From Escherichia coli (lineage in GTDB: Bacteria; Pseudomonadota; Gammaproteobacteria; Enterobacterales; Enterobacteriaceae), in NCBI RefSeq assembly GCF_003334385.1, contig NZ_QOWN01000048.1: DNA of 33,964 bases; one strand, given 5' to 3'. Within the stretch, counting starts at the first letter, position 1; each line of letters begins with the position of its first letter. The translations under genes were made by a program, and so were the position numbers. The notes under the pieces are model-generated. The model searched no databases. It was not told the DNA's origin and was given only the letters and a program-made list of their open reading frames with translations. This document shows positions 1 through 9,601 of the stretch, in pieces.

Positions 1-1
1 C

Positions 2-118
2 AGAACGGCTATTCCATTCGAAGGTGAGCGCCATAATGCACTTGATGACGCCCGTTACCAGGCAAAATACGTTTCAGTTATCTGGCAAAAACTGATCCCG
101 AGTCAGGCTGATTCTTAA
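2..118 (+). CDS. 3' end of a prophage gene, possibly a DEDDh-type 3'-5' exonuclease (partial, starts upstream of the window)
   Basis: Frame 2 is open from the window edge to TAA at 116-118. It translates to ...FEGERHNALDDARYQAKYVSVIWQKL..., where H-x-A-x-x-D resembles the Exo III motif of DnaQ-like exonucleases. It lies just upstream of xis-int, where lambdoid phages carry recombination/nuclease genes. Confidence 0.3.
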   Translation, partial: RTAIPFEGERHNALDDARYQAKYVSVIWQKLIPSQADS

Positions 119-129
119 TGTTCAACTGT

Positions 130-161
130 CGCCGGTTGTGACTGGTATTCTGCAACCGGCG
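130..161. repeat. Inverted repeat (9-bp arms CGCCGGTTG / CAACCGGCG, 14-nt spacer) upstream of the xis-like ORF
   Basis: Perfect 9-bp complementary arms read directly at 130-138 and 153-161. No T-run follows, so an operator or RNA structure is more likely than a terminator. Confidence 0.25.
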
Positions 162-190
162 CTCGTCTGATGTAAGAGATAAAGAAATCG

Positions 191-442
191 ATGAGCGAAG
201 TAATCATGATTGTCTCTCCCGGCAAATGGGTATCCGAAGAGCAGTTAATTGCGCTGAAAGGAATAAAAAAAGGTACGTTAAAAAAGGCCCGGGAAAAATC
301 GTTTATGGAAGGAAGGGAATATAAGCATGTCGCTCATGACGGTATGCCATGGGATAACAGTCCATGCTTTTACAACCTGGAAGAAATTGATCGCTGGATT
401 GAGCGCCAGGCATCAGCGAGACCAAGACGTCATCTTACTTGA
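191..442 (+). CDS. Small excisionase-like / DNA-binding protein of the prophage integration module
   Basis: 83-aa basic ORF immediately upstream of and co-directional with the integrase gene (20-bp gap), the typical xis-int arrangement. Assignment is by position and size, not by a recognised motif. Confidence 0.4.
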   Translation: MSEVIMIVSPGKWVSEEQLIALKGIKKGTLKKAREKSFMEGREYKHVAHDGMPWDNSPCFYNLEEIDRWIERQASARPRRHLT

Positions 443-461
443 CTAAAAGCCACACTAACTA

Positions 462-1757
462 ATGAGAGAAGTTGAAATGAAATATCCGACAGGCGTGGAA
501 AACCATGGAGGGAAATTACGTATCTGGTTTGTTTATAAAGGCGTAAGAGTCAGGGAAAATCTGGGGGTTCCTGACACAGCAAAAAACAGGCGCGTTGCAG
601 GTGAACTACGCTCCTCTGTTTGTTACGCAATAAAAACTGGTGTTTTCGACTATGCAAAACAGTTTCCCTCCTCACGCAATCTGGAAAAATTTGGTGAGGC
701 CCGACAAGATTTAACCATAAAAGAACTGGCTGAAAAATTTCTGGCACTGAAAGAAACTGAAGTCGCCAAAACATCACTCAACACATACCGTGCCGTCATC
801 AAAAATATCCTGAGCATAATCGGTGAAAAAAATCTTGCCTCATCGATTAATAAAGAAAAATTACTGGAGGTTCGTAAAGAGCTACTGACTGGATACCAGA
901 TCCCCAAAAGTAACTATATTGTTACACAACCAGGGAGATCGGCTGTAACTGTAAATAATTACATGACAAATCTTAACGCCGTGTTCCAGTTTGGTGTTGA
1001 TAACGGTTACCTGGCAGATAATCCGTTTAAGGGGATCTCGCCATTAAAGGAATCAAGAACCATTCCGGATCCTCTTTCGCGGGAGGAATTTATCCGTCTT
1101 ATCGATGCGTGCAGAAATCAGCAAGCAAAAAATTTATGGTGTGTTTCTGTTTATACTGGCGTTCGCCCTGGTGAGCTGTGTGCACTTGGATGGGAGGACA
1201 TAGATCTGAAAAATGGAACAATGATGATCAGGAGAAATTTAGCAAAAGACCGTTTCACGGTACCAAAAACACAGGCGGGAACCAATCGGGTCATTCATCT
1301 TATTAAGCCAGCAATCGACGCTCTCCGGAGTCAGATGACATTAACGAGACTGAGCAAAGAGCATATCATTGATGTTCACCTCAGAGAGTATGGCAGAACA
1401 GAAAAACAAAAATGCACCTTTGTTTTTCAACCTGAAGTGTCAGCGAGAGTAAAAAATTATGGTGACCATTTTACCGTTGACTCAATAAGGCAGATGTGGG
1501 ACGCAGCGATAAAACGTGCCGGACTCCGCCATCGAAAATCATATCAGTCGAGACATACTTATGCCTGCTGGTCGCTGACAGCTGGTGCTAACCCGGCATT
1601 TATAGCAAACCAGATGGGCCATGCAGATGCGCAAATGGTATTTCAGGTATACGGAAAATGGATGTCTGAAAACAATAATGCACAGGTAGCTTTGTTAAAT
1701 ACACAGTTAAGCGAGTTTGCCCCAACCATGCCCCATAACGAATCAATGAAAAATTAA
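462..1757 (+). CDS. int: Phage tyrosine integrase (site-specific recombinase), apparently intact
   Basis: 431-aa ORF with C-terminal SRHTYA...H...VYGKW, resembling the R-H-R-Y catalytic region of lambda-family integrases. It ends 188 bp before rspB, the position where E. coli K-12 has the Qin prophage integrase. The second ATG at 477 may be the true start. Confidence 0.8.
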   Translation: MREVEMKYPTGVENHGGKLRIWFVYKGVRVRENLGVPDTAKNRRVAGELRSSVCYAIKTGVFDYAKQFPSSRNLEKFGEARQDLTIKELAEKFLALKETEVAKTSLNTYRAVIKNILSIIGEKNLASSINKEKLLEVRKELLTGYQIPKSNYIVTQPGRSAVTVNNYMTNLNAVFQFGVDNGYLADNPFKGISPLKESRTIPDPLSREEFIRLIDACRNQQAKNLWCVSVYTGVRPGELCALGWEDIDLKNGTMMIRRNLAKDRFTVPKTQAGTNRVIHLIKPAIDALRSQMTLTRLSKEHIIDVHLREYGRTEKQKCTFVFQPEVSARVKNYGDHFTVDSIRQMWDAAIKRAGLRHRKSYQSRHTYACWSLTAGANPAFIANQMGHADAQMVFQVYGKWMSENNNAQVALLNTQLSEFAPTMPHNESMKN

Positions 1758-1944
1758 TTTAATATTTATCAAATAGTTAACACGCATGACTCTTGAAATC
1801 CATAAATTCAAGCGCAGTGCCCAGCCATCCCGATACTGCTGCTTTCACCAAATCCTTAGTGCTTCTTTCGTGTTTTTCTATTGTCATAATGGTTATCTCT
1901 AAAAAAGAGGTAAGATGCGTACTACTTACTCGCCGTTATTGGTA
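1758..1944. other. Integrase-proximal spacer expected to contain the prophage att junction
   Basis: AT-rich non-coding spacer between the integrase stop and the convergent rspB stop. The exact core cannot be placed without the other prophage end. Confidence 0.25.
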
Positions 1945-2964
1945 TTATTCAGAAAAAGTGAGTAAGACTTTGCAGCAATGTTTTTGATCCTGTTCAAATA
2001 AACTAATGGCATCAGCAACATGCTGGAAATCAAACGTATGGGTAATTAATTTTTCTGGTTTAATTAACCCTTTACTTAACCAGTCGATAACGATCGGGAA
2101 TTTATTTGCATTTAAGCGTGAAGAGAAAATAGAGAGTTCTTTTCCGGTAATTCCTTGCTGAATCACTTCAGACGGTTCACTGGAGAACCCCATCAATACA
2201 ATACGTGCCGCTGGAGAAGCCAGCGTTACGGCCTCTTTCAGGATAGAAGGATGACAAGCCGCATCGATAATTAATGTCGGCTTGATGCCTTTTTCAGTGA
2301 AAATCTCGCCAAGCGGTGTCTGGCTGTTATTAATCGCCCAGTCAGCCCCGCTCTCTTTCGCTTTTTCCAGTCGTTCATCAATGCGATCGGCAACAATCAC
2401 ATTTTTAACGTTATAGACGCCTTTTAATACCTGAACGATCGTCAGGCCGATTGGACCGGCACCATAAACCAGAACGGTATCATTTTCAGTCGGTTGACCA
2501 TGTCCGGTTACGTTAGCCGCAATGGTAAAAGGTTCGATCATTACCGCATATTGATCGGCCACTGCTTCAGGAATTTTCCACGCATTTTTTGCCGGAACCA
2601 CGGCATATTCACTGAAACCACCGTCAGCGTGCACACCTAATACAGCCAGTGTCGTACAAACGTTCGGTTTACCTATAGAGCACGGATAGCAATGCCCACA
2701 ACTGACCACCGGATCGACAGCAACACGTTCACCGACTCTGGCGCTTTCCACGCCTTCACCCACTGCATCAATGACGCCAAAGAATTCATGACCAATGACG
2801 CGCGGATATTTCGCAAAAGGATTATGCCCACGATAAATATGGCTATCTGAACCACAAATTCCGGCAAGTTTCACTTTTACTCGTACTTCACCCGCTGACG
2901 GGGTGGGTATTTCACGTTCGACAATCGCCAGTTGATTCGGTTTTTCAATTAATATGCTTTTCAT
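1945..2964 (-). CDS. rspB: Zn-dependent alcohol dehydrogenase family protein RspB (starvation-sensing protein B)
   Basis: Translation MKSILIEKPNQLAIVEREIP...GHEFFGVID...VSCGHCYPC... matches the RspB/MDR family. Start trimmed to the ATG at 2964, which has an AAGGAG Shine-Dalgarno; the ORF track's 347-aa start is upstream of this. Confidence 0.85.
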   Translation of the reverse strand: MKSILIEKPNQLAIVEREIPTPSAGEVRVKVKLAGICGSDSHIYRGHNPFAKYPRVIGHEFFGVIDAVGEGVESARVGERVAVDPVVSCGHCYPCSIGKPNVCTTLAVLGVHADGGFSEYAVVPAKNAWKIPEAVADQYAVMIEPFTIAANVTGHGQPTENDTVLVYGAGPIGLTIVQVLKGVYNVKNVIVADRIDERLEKAKESGADWAINNSQTPLGEIFTEKGIKPTLIIDAACHPSILKEAVTLASPAARIVLMGFSSEPSEVIQQGITGKELSIFSSRLNANKFPIVIDWLSKGLIKPEKLITHTFDFQHVADAISLFEQDQKHCCKVLLTFSE

Positions 2965-2975
2965 TATCTTACTCC

Positions 2976-4190
2976 TTACCAGTTCCACAGCGTGCCATCT
3001 TCCAGACGTGCGACTGGTAGATAAGCAGGTTCATAGGGATATTTCGCCGCCAGCTTTTCATCGAATTCGATACCAAGACCCGGTTTGTCTCCCGGATGCA
3101 TATAGCCGTTATCGAAAGTCCAGTTGTGCGGGAAGACTTCGAGCATTTGTTCGGAATAACCCATGTATTCCTGGACACCGAAATTGGGGACCCACAGATC
3201 AAAGTGCAGCGCCGCAGCCATGCAGACTGGTGACAAATCGGAAGGACCGTGTGAGCCAGTACGTACCTGATACAGCGAAGCAAAATCGGCAATCCGGCGC
3301 ATACCGGTAATTCCGCCTGCATGGGTCAGCGTGGTGCGGATATAATCGATGAGTTGCTCTTCAATCAGTTGTTTGCAGTCCCAGATGCTGTTGAAGACTT
3401 CACCCACTGCGATGGGTGTGACGGTATGTTGGCGAATGAGACGGAAGCATTCCTGGTTTTCCGCAGGCGTCGGGTCTTCCATCCAGAACATGCGATAATC
3501 TTCAATGCTTTTACCAAAGCGCGCCGCTTCAATAGGCGTTAAGCGATGGTGCATGTCATGCAGCAAATGTTCATTAAAACCAAACTTGTTACGTACCGCG
3601 TCAAACAATTTCGGCATGAAATCGAGGTATTTCTCCGTCGACCACAGCTGCTCTTCCGGCCACTGTCCTTTGGTTGCGGGTTCATAAGCCAGACCTTTAC
3701 CTTTCGACATGCCGTAGGTGGTTTTCATACCAGGGATTCCGCACTGCACGCGGATGGCTTTGAATCCAAGCTCTTGATGACGGGCATAATCATCCAGAGC
3801 TTCATCAATACTGTGACCGGTGGTATGGCAATAAACCATCACCCCTTCACGAGACGCGCCGCCGAGTAACTGGTAAAGCGGCATGTTGGCAGCTTTGGCT
3901 TTAATATCCCACAGCGCCATATCAACCGCTGAAATGGCCGACATCGTAACCGGACCGCGACGCCAGTAAGCACCTTTATAGAAAAACTGCCAGATATCTT
4001 CGATACGGTGCGCATCGCGACCAATAAGCTGCGGACAAAGGTGATCCTGCAAATAAGAGGCCACGGAAAGCTCACGTCCATTGAGGGTGGCATCCCCAAG
4101 GCCCGTAATACCGTCCTCAGTGGTGATTTTTAATGTGACGAAATTACGCCCCGGACAGGTAACAAAAACTTCAGCCTTTACGATCTTCAT
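2976..4190 (-). CDS. rspA: Enolase-superfamily dehydratase RspA (mannonate dehydratase-like, starvation-sensing protein A)
   Basis: Translation [40 protein letters not shown]... It sits upstream of rspB with an 11-bp gap, consistent with an rspAB operon. Start trimmed to the ATG at 4190 preceded by AAGGA. Confidence 0.85.
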
Positions 4191-4395
4191 GTTCGATTCC
4201 TTGCATCGCTTGTCGTGATGCATGAAATCTACGCAACTGAGCTACTACCATACAAGTATAAAGATCGAAAAAAGCCGGAGTGATCACAAAAAAAGGCGTA
4301 TATTTGCGCTGTGAATGGTTGACAAAAGATGAAATAGAATACCTTTTGTCAGCTGACACTTCCTCTTATCTTATTGATAAAATGGATTTATGTTC

Positions 4396-4722
4396 CTACG
4401 TGCGCCCCCAGCCCGCAACAATGATCAACATGCCGCAAAGCGCAATCAACGCACCCGTCCAGTCATAAAGAGTCAGTTTCACGCCATCCACAACGCGCAG
4501 CCACATCAACGCCGTGCAGACATAAACGCCACCATAAGCCGCGTAAACACGCCCACTCGCCGCTGGATGCAACGTTAACAACCAGACAAACAGCGCCAGT
4601 GAAATCCCCGCCGGAAGCAACAGCCAGATACTGGCGTTTCGTTTTAACCACAACCAGGGCAGAAAGCATCCAATAATTTCACACAGCGCAGTAGCAAAAA
4701 ATAGTAACGTTGTTTTAATCAT
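4396..4722 (-). CDS. ynfA: UPF0060 family inner-membrane protein YnfA
   Basis: 108-aa strongly hydrophobic ORF ([26 protein letters not shown]...) in the conserved position between rspA and ynfB. Confidence 0.8.
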
Positions 4723-4856
4723 CTTTGTCTCTTATTGACATCATGTATAGTTATAGGGCGACATAATATCATCAATATAAACACCCTCCTGGTACGTTTT
4801 GCGTCCGCAGTGGATGGTGTAGAATCACCTTTAATCATTCATACAGGGAATGAATT

Positions 4857-5198
4857 ATGAAAATCACTCTCAGCAAACGAATCGGCCTGCTCGCTATTCT
4901 GCTGCCTTGCGCACTGGCATTGAGCACAACTGTTCATGCCGAAACTAACAAACTGGTGATTGAGTCTGGCGACAGTGCACAAAGCCGCCAGCACGCCGCT
5001 ATGGAAAAAGAGCAATGGAATGACACGCGCAATCTGCGCCAGAAAGTGAATAAACGCACTGAAAAAGAGTGGGATAAAGCCGACGCCGCTTTTGATAACC
5101 GCGATAAATGTGAGCAAAGCGCCAACATCAATGCCTACTGGGAGCCCAATACTTTGCGCTGCCTGGACCGTCGAACTGGCCGCGTTATTACCCCCTAA
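4857..5198 (+). CDS. ynfB: Secreted protein YnfB (UPF0482 family)
   Basis: 113-aa ORF with an N-terminal signal peptide ([28 protein letters not shown]) in conserved synteny upstream of speG. Confidence 0.75.
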
Positions 5199-5232
5199 CC
5201 TGTTATTGATTTAAGGAATGTAAGGACACGTT

Positions 5233-5793
5233 ATGCCAAGCGCCCACAGTGTTAAGCTACGCCCGCTGGAGCGTGAAGATTTACGCTATGTACATCAACT
5301 CGACAATAACGCCAGTGTGATGCGTTACTGGTTTGAGGAACCCTACGAAGCCTTTGTTGAACTCTCTGATCTGTATGATAAGCATATTCACGATCAGAGC
5401 GAACGGCGCTTTGTGGTGGAATGTGACGGCGAAAAAGCCGGTCTGGTGGAGCTGGTGGAAATTAACCATGTTCATCGCCGCGCAGAATTTCAGATAATTA
5501 TCTCCCCGGAGTATCAGGGGAAAGGTCTGGCAACCCGTGCCGCCAAATTAGCAATGGACTATGGCTTTACCGTTCTCAATCTCTATAAGCTGTATCTGAT
5601 CGTTGATAAAGAGAATGAAAAAGCGATTCACATTTACCGCAAGCTTGGCTTTTCGGTTGAAGGTGAATTGATGCACGAGTTCTTTATTAATGGTCAATAT
5701 CGTAATGCCATTCGCATGTGTATATTCCAGCATCAGTATCTGGCAGAGCACAAAACACCGGGGCAGACTCTCCTGAAGCCGACCGCACAATAG
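5233..5793 (+). CDS. speG: Spermidine N1-acetyltransferase SpeG (GNAT family)
   Basis: 186-aa translation [41 protein letters not shown]...[18 protein letters not shown]... recognised as SpeG. Confidence 0.9.
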   Translation: MPSAHSVKLRPLEREDLRYVHQLDNNASVMRYWFEEPYEAFVELSDLYDKHIHDQSERRFVVECDGEKAGLVELVEINHVHRRAEFQIIISPEYQGKGLATRAAKLAMDYGFTVLNLYKLYLIVDKENEKAIHIYRKLGFSVEGELMHEFFINGQYRNAIRMCIFQHQYLAEHKTPGQTLLKPTAQ

Positions 5794-5795
5794 CA

Positions 5796-6506
5796 TTAAT
5801 AATAATCGATCGTATTTTTGATGGTGTAAACCCGTTCGACGGCGGGTTTTACTCCTTCATCAACAATGATTAGCTGACAGTCCACCGGATTAGCGTGACT
5901 GTCATATTCACAGCTCTGTTTTACATTACCAACCCGTTGATTATTCAGTAAAGTAACCGCTGTGTAATCTAATTTTTTGATCGGATCCGTTGATGGCGTG
6001 GCGCTGACAGATAATGTTTTGTCGTTACTTTTCGTGGTTTTACCCAGCGGATAACCCTGATCATCATAGCGATATTCCATCTGCATTTGTTTGCTGCTGG
6101 CTTTAATCACGAAGCCATTATCATCGGTTTCCCAACTCACCCCGGCAGAAGGTAATTCTGCTAGCTGGCATTTTCCCTGTAAACGTACTCTCTTCTCCAG
6201 CGTCTCGGCATCACGGTAATAATTGGCGTCCAGTACCAGAGCGACCACGGTATTATTTTCCAGATCCAGTAATTCGAGTGAATCAAAACAGCCTTCTTCC
6301 GACAAAGTCCCAGAAACACGTTTCGTCACTTCACCTTGCTCATCCATTAATGTCTGAGTGAAATCTTTTACCGGACCACGCAGCGGATCAAAATCGAATT
6401 CATTAGAGAAACTGGCCATCTCAGGGGTAAATGAAAGTGTTACCTCTGTGCGGTCACATCCTGTGAGGAATATCGCGAGTAAGCATGGTAGTAATTTGTA
6501 TTTCAC
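5796..6506 (-). CDS. ynfC: Lipoprotein YnfC (UPF0257 family)
   Basis: Contains a lipobox (LLPCLLAIFLTGC) and lies convergent with speG. Start placed at the in-frame GTG at 6506, giving a 236-aa product beginning (M)KYKLLPCLL; the 248-aa ORF-track start is less likely. Confidence 0.75.
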   Translation of the reverse strand: MKYKLLPCLLAIFLTGCDRTEVTLSFTPEMASFSNEFDFDPLRGPVKDFTQTLMDEQGEVTKRVSGTLSEEGCFDSLELLDLENNTVVALVLDANYYRDAETLEKRVRLQGKCQLAELPSAGVSWETDDNGFVIKASSKQMQMEYRYDDQGYPLGKTTKSNDKTLSVSATPSTDPIKKLDYTAVTLLNNQRVGNVKQSCEYDSHANPVDCQLIIVDEGVKPAVERVYTIKNTIDYY

Positions 6507-6613
6507 AACAGTCACCAGAGAGTAGAGATGATTCTCAATCATAGTAGCAAATACAGTACTTTACACGTTAAATGCTATGCTTAAAGAAGTTATCTTCGCG
6601 TAAGGAGCTTATG

Positions 6614-6919
6614 ATGAAACTCTCAACCTGCTGTGCCGCGCTTCTGCTCGCCCTCGCCTCACCCGCGGTACTCGCCGCGCCGGGATCCTGTGAGCGCATA
6701 CAGAGCGATATATCACAGCGCATTATCAATAATGGCGTACCCGAAAGCAGCTTCACGTTAAGTATTGTACCCAATGACCAGGTTGATCAGCCTGATTCCC
6801 AGGTCGTCGGCCATTGCGCTAATGATACGCATAAAATTCTCTATACCCGCACCACCAGCGGTAACGTCTCTGCTCCCGCGCAGTCTAGCCAGGATGGCGC
6901 GCCTGCCGAACCGCAGTAA
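6614..6919 (+). CDS. ynfD: Secreted DUF1161-family protein YnfD
   Basis: Signal peptide MKLSTCCAALLLALASPAVLAAP. Start moved to the second of two adjacent ATGs, which has better AAGGAG spacing; product is 101 aa. Confidence 0.75.
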   Translation: MKLSTCCAALLLALASPAVLAAPGSCERIQSDISQRIINNGVPESSFTLSIVPNDQVDQPDSQVVGHCANDTHKILYTRTTSGNVSAPAQSSQDGAPAEPQ

Positions 6920-7004
6920 CACATTATCGACTGAACGCCGGATATGACAAATCCGGCGATTTGAACATACAACATAATCCCACCTTATTACTCATACCCT
7001 TCTA

Positions 7005-7018
7005 TTGATATGGATTAA
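7005..7018. promoter_or_regulatory. Candidate FNR-type binding site (TTGAT-ATGG-ATTAA) upstream of ynfE
   Basis: One mismatch to the TTGAT-N4-ATCAA consensus, about 100 bp upstream of the ynfE start. The ynfEFGH operon encodes anaerobic respiratory enzymes. Sequence match only. Confidence 0.25.
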
Positions 7019-7117
7019 TAATTCTTAACCCAAAATGGGTAGACTCCCTCTATTGTTAGCGCGCTAAATATTCAATATATAAACTTTTATATAACGATAA
7101 AGAACAGGGAGTGAGTT

Positions 7118-9544
7118 ATGTCCAAAAATGAACGAATGGTGGGCATCAGCCGCAGAACACTCGTTAAATCTACCGCGATAGGTTCTCTGGCGCTGGCTGC
7201 AGGCGGTTTTTCTTTGCCGTTTACCCTGCGCAATGCAGCAGCAGCGGTACAACAGGCCCGCGAAAAAGTGGTCTGGGGTGCCTGTTCCGTCAACTGTGGT
7301 AGCCGCTGTGCACTTCGTCTACATGTTAAAGATAATGAAGTGACCTGGGTGGAAACTGACAATACCGGCAGCGATGAGTACGGCAACCATCAGGTACGCG
7401 CCTGTTTGCGCGGTCGCTCCATCCGCCGGCGTATTAATCATCCCGATCGCTTGAATTACCCAATGAAACGCGTGGGCAAACGCGGCGAAGGCAAATTCGA
7501 ACGGATTAGCTGGGATGAAGCCCTGGATACTATCGCCAGTAGCCTGAAGAAAACCGTCGAACAATATGGCAATGAGGCTGTATATATTCAGTACTCTTCG
7601 GGGATCGTTGGCGGCAATATGACCCGCTCTTCGCCATCAGCCTCGGCGGTCAAACGCCTGATGAACTGCTACGGCGGTTCACTCAACCAGTATGGCTCCT
7701 ACAGCACTGCGCAAATTTCCTGTGCCATGCCCTACACCTACGGCAGTAATGATGGCAACAGCACCACGGATATTGAAAACAGCAAGCTGGTCGTGATGTT
7801 TGGTAACAACCCGGCAGAAACCCGCATGAGCGGTGGTGGCATCACTTATCTTCTTGAAAAAGCGCGCGAGAAATCGAACGCCAAAATGATTGTTATCGAT
7901 CCGCGATATACCGATACGGCTGCCGGTCGTGAAGACGAATGGCTCCCTATTCGCCCGGGCACCGATGCCGCGCTGGTTGCGGGTATTGCCTGGGTATTGA
8001 TTAACGAAAATCTCGTTGATCAACCTTTTCTCGATAAATACTGCGTCGGCTATGACGAAAAAACCTTACCCGCAGATGCACCCAAAAATGGTCACTATAA
8101 AGCCTATATTCTTGGTGAAGGTGACGATAAAACAGCGAAAACGCCGCAGTGGGCTTCGCAAATTACCGGTATCCCGGAGGACCGTATCATCAAACTGGCG
8201 CGTGAAATTGGCACAGCAAAACCCGCTTATATCTGCCAGGGCTGGGGGCCACAACGCCAGGCAAACGGCGAACTGACTGCACGCGCTATTGCTATGTTAC
8301 CTATTTTGACGGGCAATGTCGGCATCAGCGGCGGAAATAGTGGCGCGCGTGAATCGACCTATACCATTACCATAGAACGCCTGCCGGTGCTGGATAATCC
8401 GGTCAAAACGTCAATCTCCTGCTTCAGCTGGACAGATGCTATCGATCATGGTCCGCAAATGACGGCAATCCGCGACGGCGTCCGCGGCAAAGATAAACTG
8501 GATGTGCCCATTAAGTTCATCTGGAACTACGCGGGAAATACCCTCGTTAATCAGCATTCTGACATCAACAAAACGCATGAAATTCTGCAGGACGAATCGA
8601 AATGCGAAATGATTGTGGTCATCGAAAACTTTATGACCTCATCGGCAAAATATGCCGACATTCTGCTGCCAGACCTGATGACCGTTGAGCAGGAAGATAT
8701 TATTCCTAACGACTACGCCGGTAACATGGGATATCTCATTTTCCTCCAGCCTGTCACCAGCGAAAAATTCGAACGCAAACCGATTTACTGGATCCTGAGT
8801 GAAGTCGCGAAACGTCTTGGACCTGACGTCTATCAAAAGTTCACAGAAGGTCGCACGCAGGAACAATGGTTACAACATCTGTACGCCAAAATGCTTGCCA
8901 AAGATCCGGCGTTACCGTCTTACGACGAACTGAAAAAAATGGGTATCTATAAGCGTAAAGATCCCAATGGCCATTTTGTCGCCTACAAAGCATTTCGTGA
9001 CGACCCCGAGGCAAATCCACTTAAAACGCCTTCCGGTAAGATTGAAATTTATTCCAGCAGGCTGGCGGAAATTGCCCGTACCTGGGAACTGGAAAAAGAT
9101 GAAGTGATAAGCCCATTGCCAGTTTATGCCTCAACCTTTGAAGGCTGGAACTCCCCTGAACGTAGAACCTTCCCACTGCAACTGTTTGGTTTCCATTACA
9201 AATCCCGTACTCACTCGACCTACGGCAATATTGATCTCCTGAAGGCTGCCTGCCGTCAGGAGGTGTGGATCAACCCTATAGATGCGCAGAAACGTGGGAT
9301 TGCCAACGGCGATATGGTGCGGGTGTTTAACCATCGTGGCGAAGTTCGGCTACCAGCCAAAGTAACACCACGTATTCTCCCTGGAGTTAGCGCTATGGGC
9401 CAGGGAGCCTGGCACGAGGCCAATATGTCTGGCGATAAAATCGACCATGGCGGCTGTGTGAATACGCTAACCACTCTGCGCCCTTCACCACTGGCGAAGG
9501 GAAACCCGCAGCACACTAATCTGGTCGAGATCGAAAAAATATAA
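7118..9544 (+). CDS. ynfE: Tat-exported molybdopterin oxidoreductase catalytic subunit YnfE (DMSO/selenate reductase family)
   Basis: 808 aa with a twin-arginine signal (SRRTLVKSTAIGSLALAAGG), an N-terminal Cys cluster (CSVNCGSRCALR) and DmsA-like length. Confidence 0.85.
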   Translation: MSKNERMVGISRRTLVKSTAIGSLALAAGGFSLPFTLRNAAAAVQQAREKVVWGACSVNCGSRCALRLHVKDNEVTWVETDNTGSDEYGNHQVRACLRGRSIRRRINHPDRLNYPMKRVGKRGEGKFERISWDEALDTIASSLKKTVEQYGNEAVYIQYSSGIVGGNMTRSSPSASAVKRLMNCYGGSLNQYGSYSTAQISCAMPYTYGSNDGNSTTDIENSKLVVMFGNNPAETRMSGGGITYLLEKAREKSNAKMIVIDPRYTDTAAGREDEWLPIRPGTDAALVAGIAWVLINENLVDQPFLDKYCVGYDEKTLPADAPKNGHYKAYILGEGDDKTAKTPQWASQITGIPEDRIIKLAREIGTAKPAYICQGWGPQRQANGELTARAIAMLPILTGNVGISGGNSGARESTYTITIERLPVLDNPVKTSISCFSWTDAIDHGPQMTAIRDGVRGKDKLDVPIKFIWNYAGNTLVNQHSDINKTHEILQDESKCEMIVVIENFMTSSAKYADILLPDLMTVEQEDIIPNDYAGNMGYLIFLQPVTSEKFERKPIYWILSEVAKRLGPDVYQKFTEGRTQEQWLQHLYAKMLAKDPALPSYDELKKMGIYKRKDPNGHFVAYKAFRDDPEANPLKTPSGKIEIYSSRLAEIARTWELEKDEVISPLPVYASTFEGWNSPERRTFPLQLFGFHYKSRTHSTYGNIDLLKAACRQEVWINPIDAQKRGIANGDMVRVFNHRGEVRLPAKVTPRILPGVSAMGQGAWHEANMSGDKIDHGGCVNTLTTLRPSPLAKGNPQHTNLVEIEKI

Positions 9545-9601
9545 CCCACGACAACCATAAATTCTGGCATGACATTTTGTTTGAAAAGCAATAAGTGAGT
9601 A

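Noticed and set aside
3321-3869. Plus-strand ORFs (73, 60 and 107 aa) inside rspA
   Set aside because: They overlap a conserved enolase-superfamily gene on the opposite strand and look like frame artefacts.
7064-7564. Minus-strand ORFs of 62-99 aa overlapping the ynfE start region
   Set aside because: They are antisense to the ynfE Tat-signal coding region and show no ribosome-binding site or protein features.
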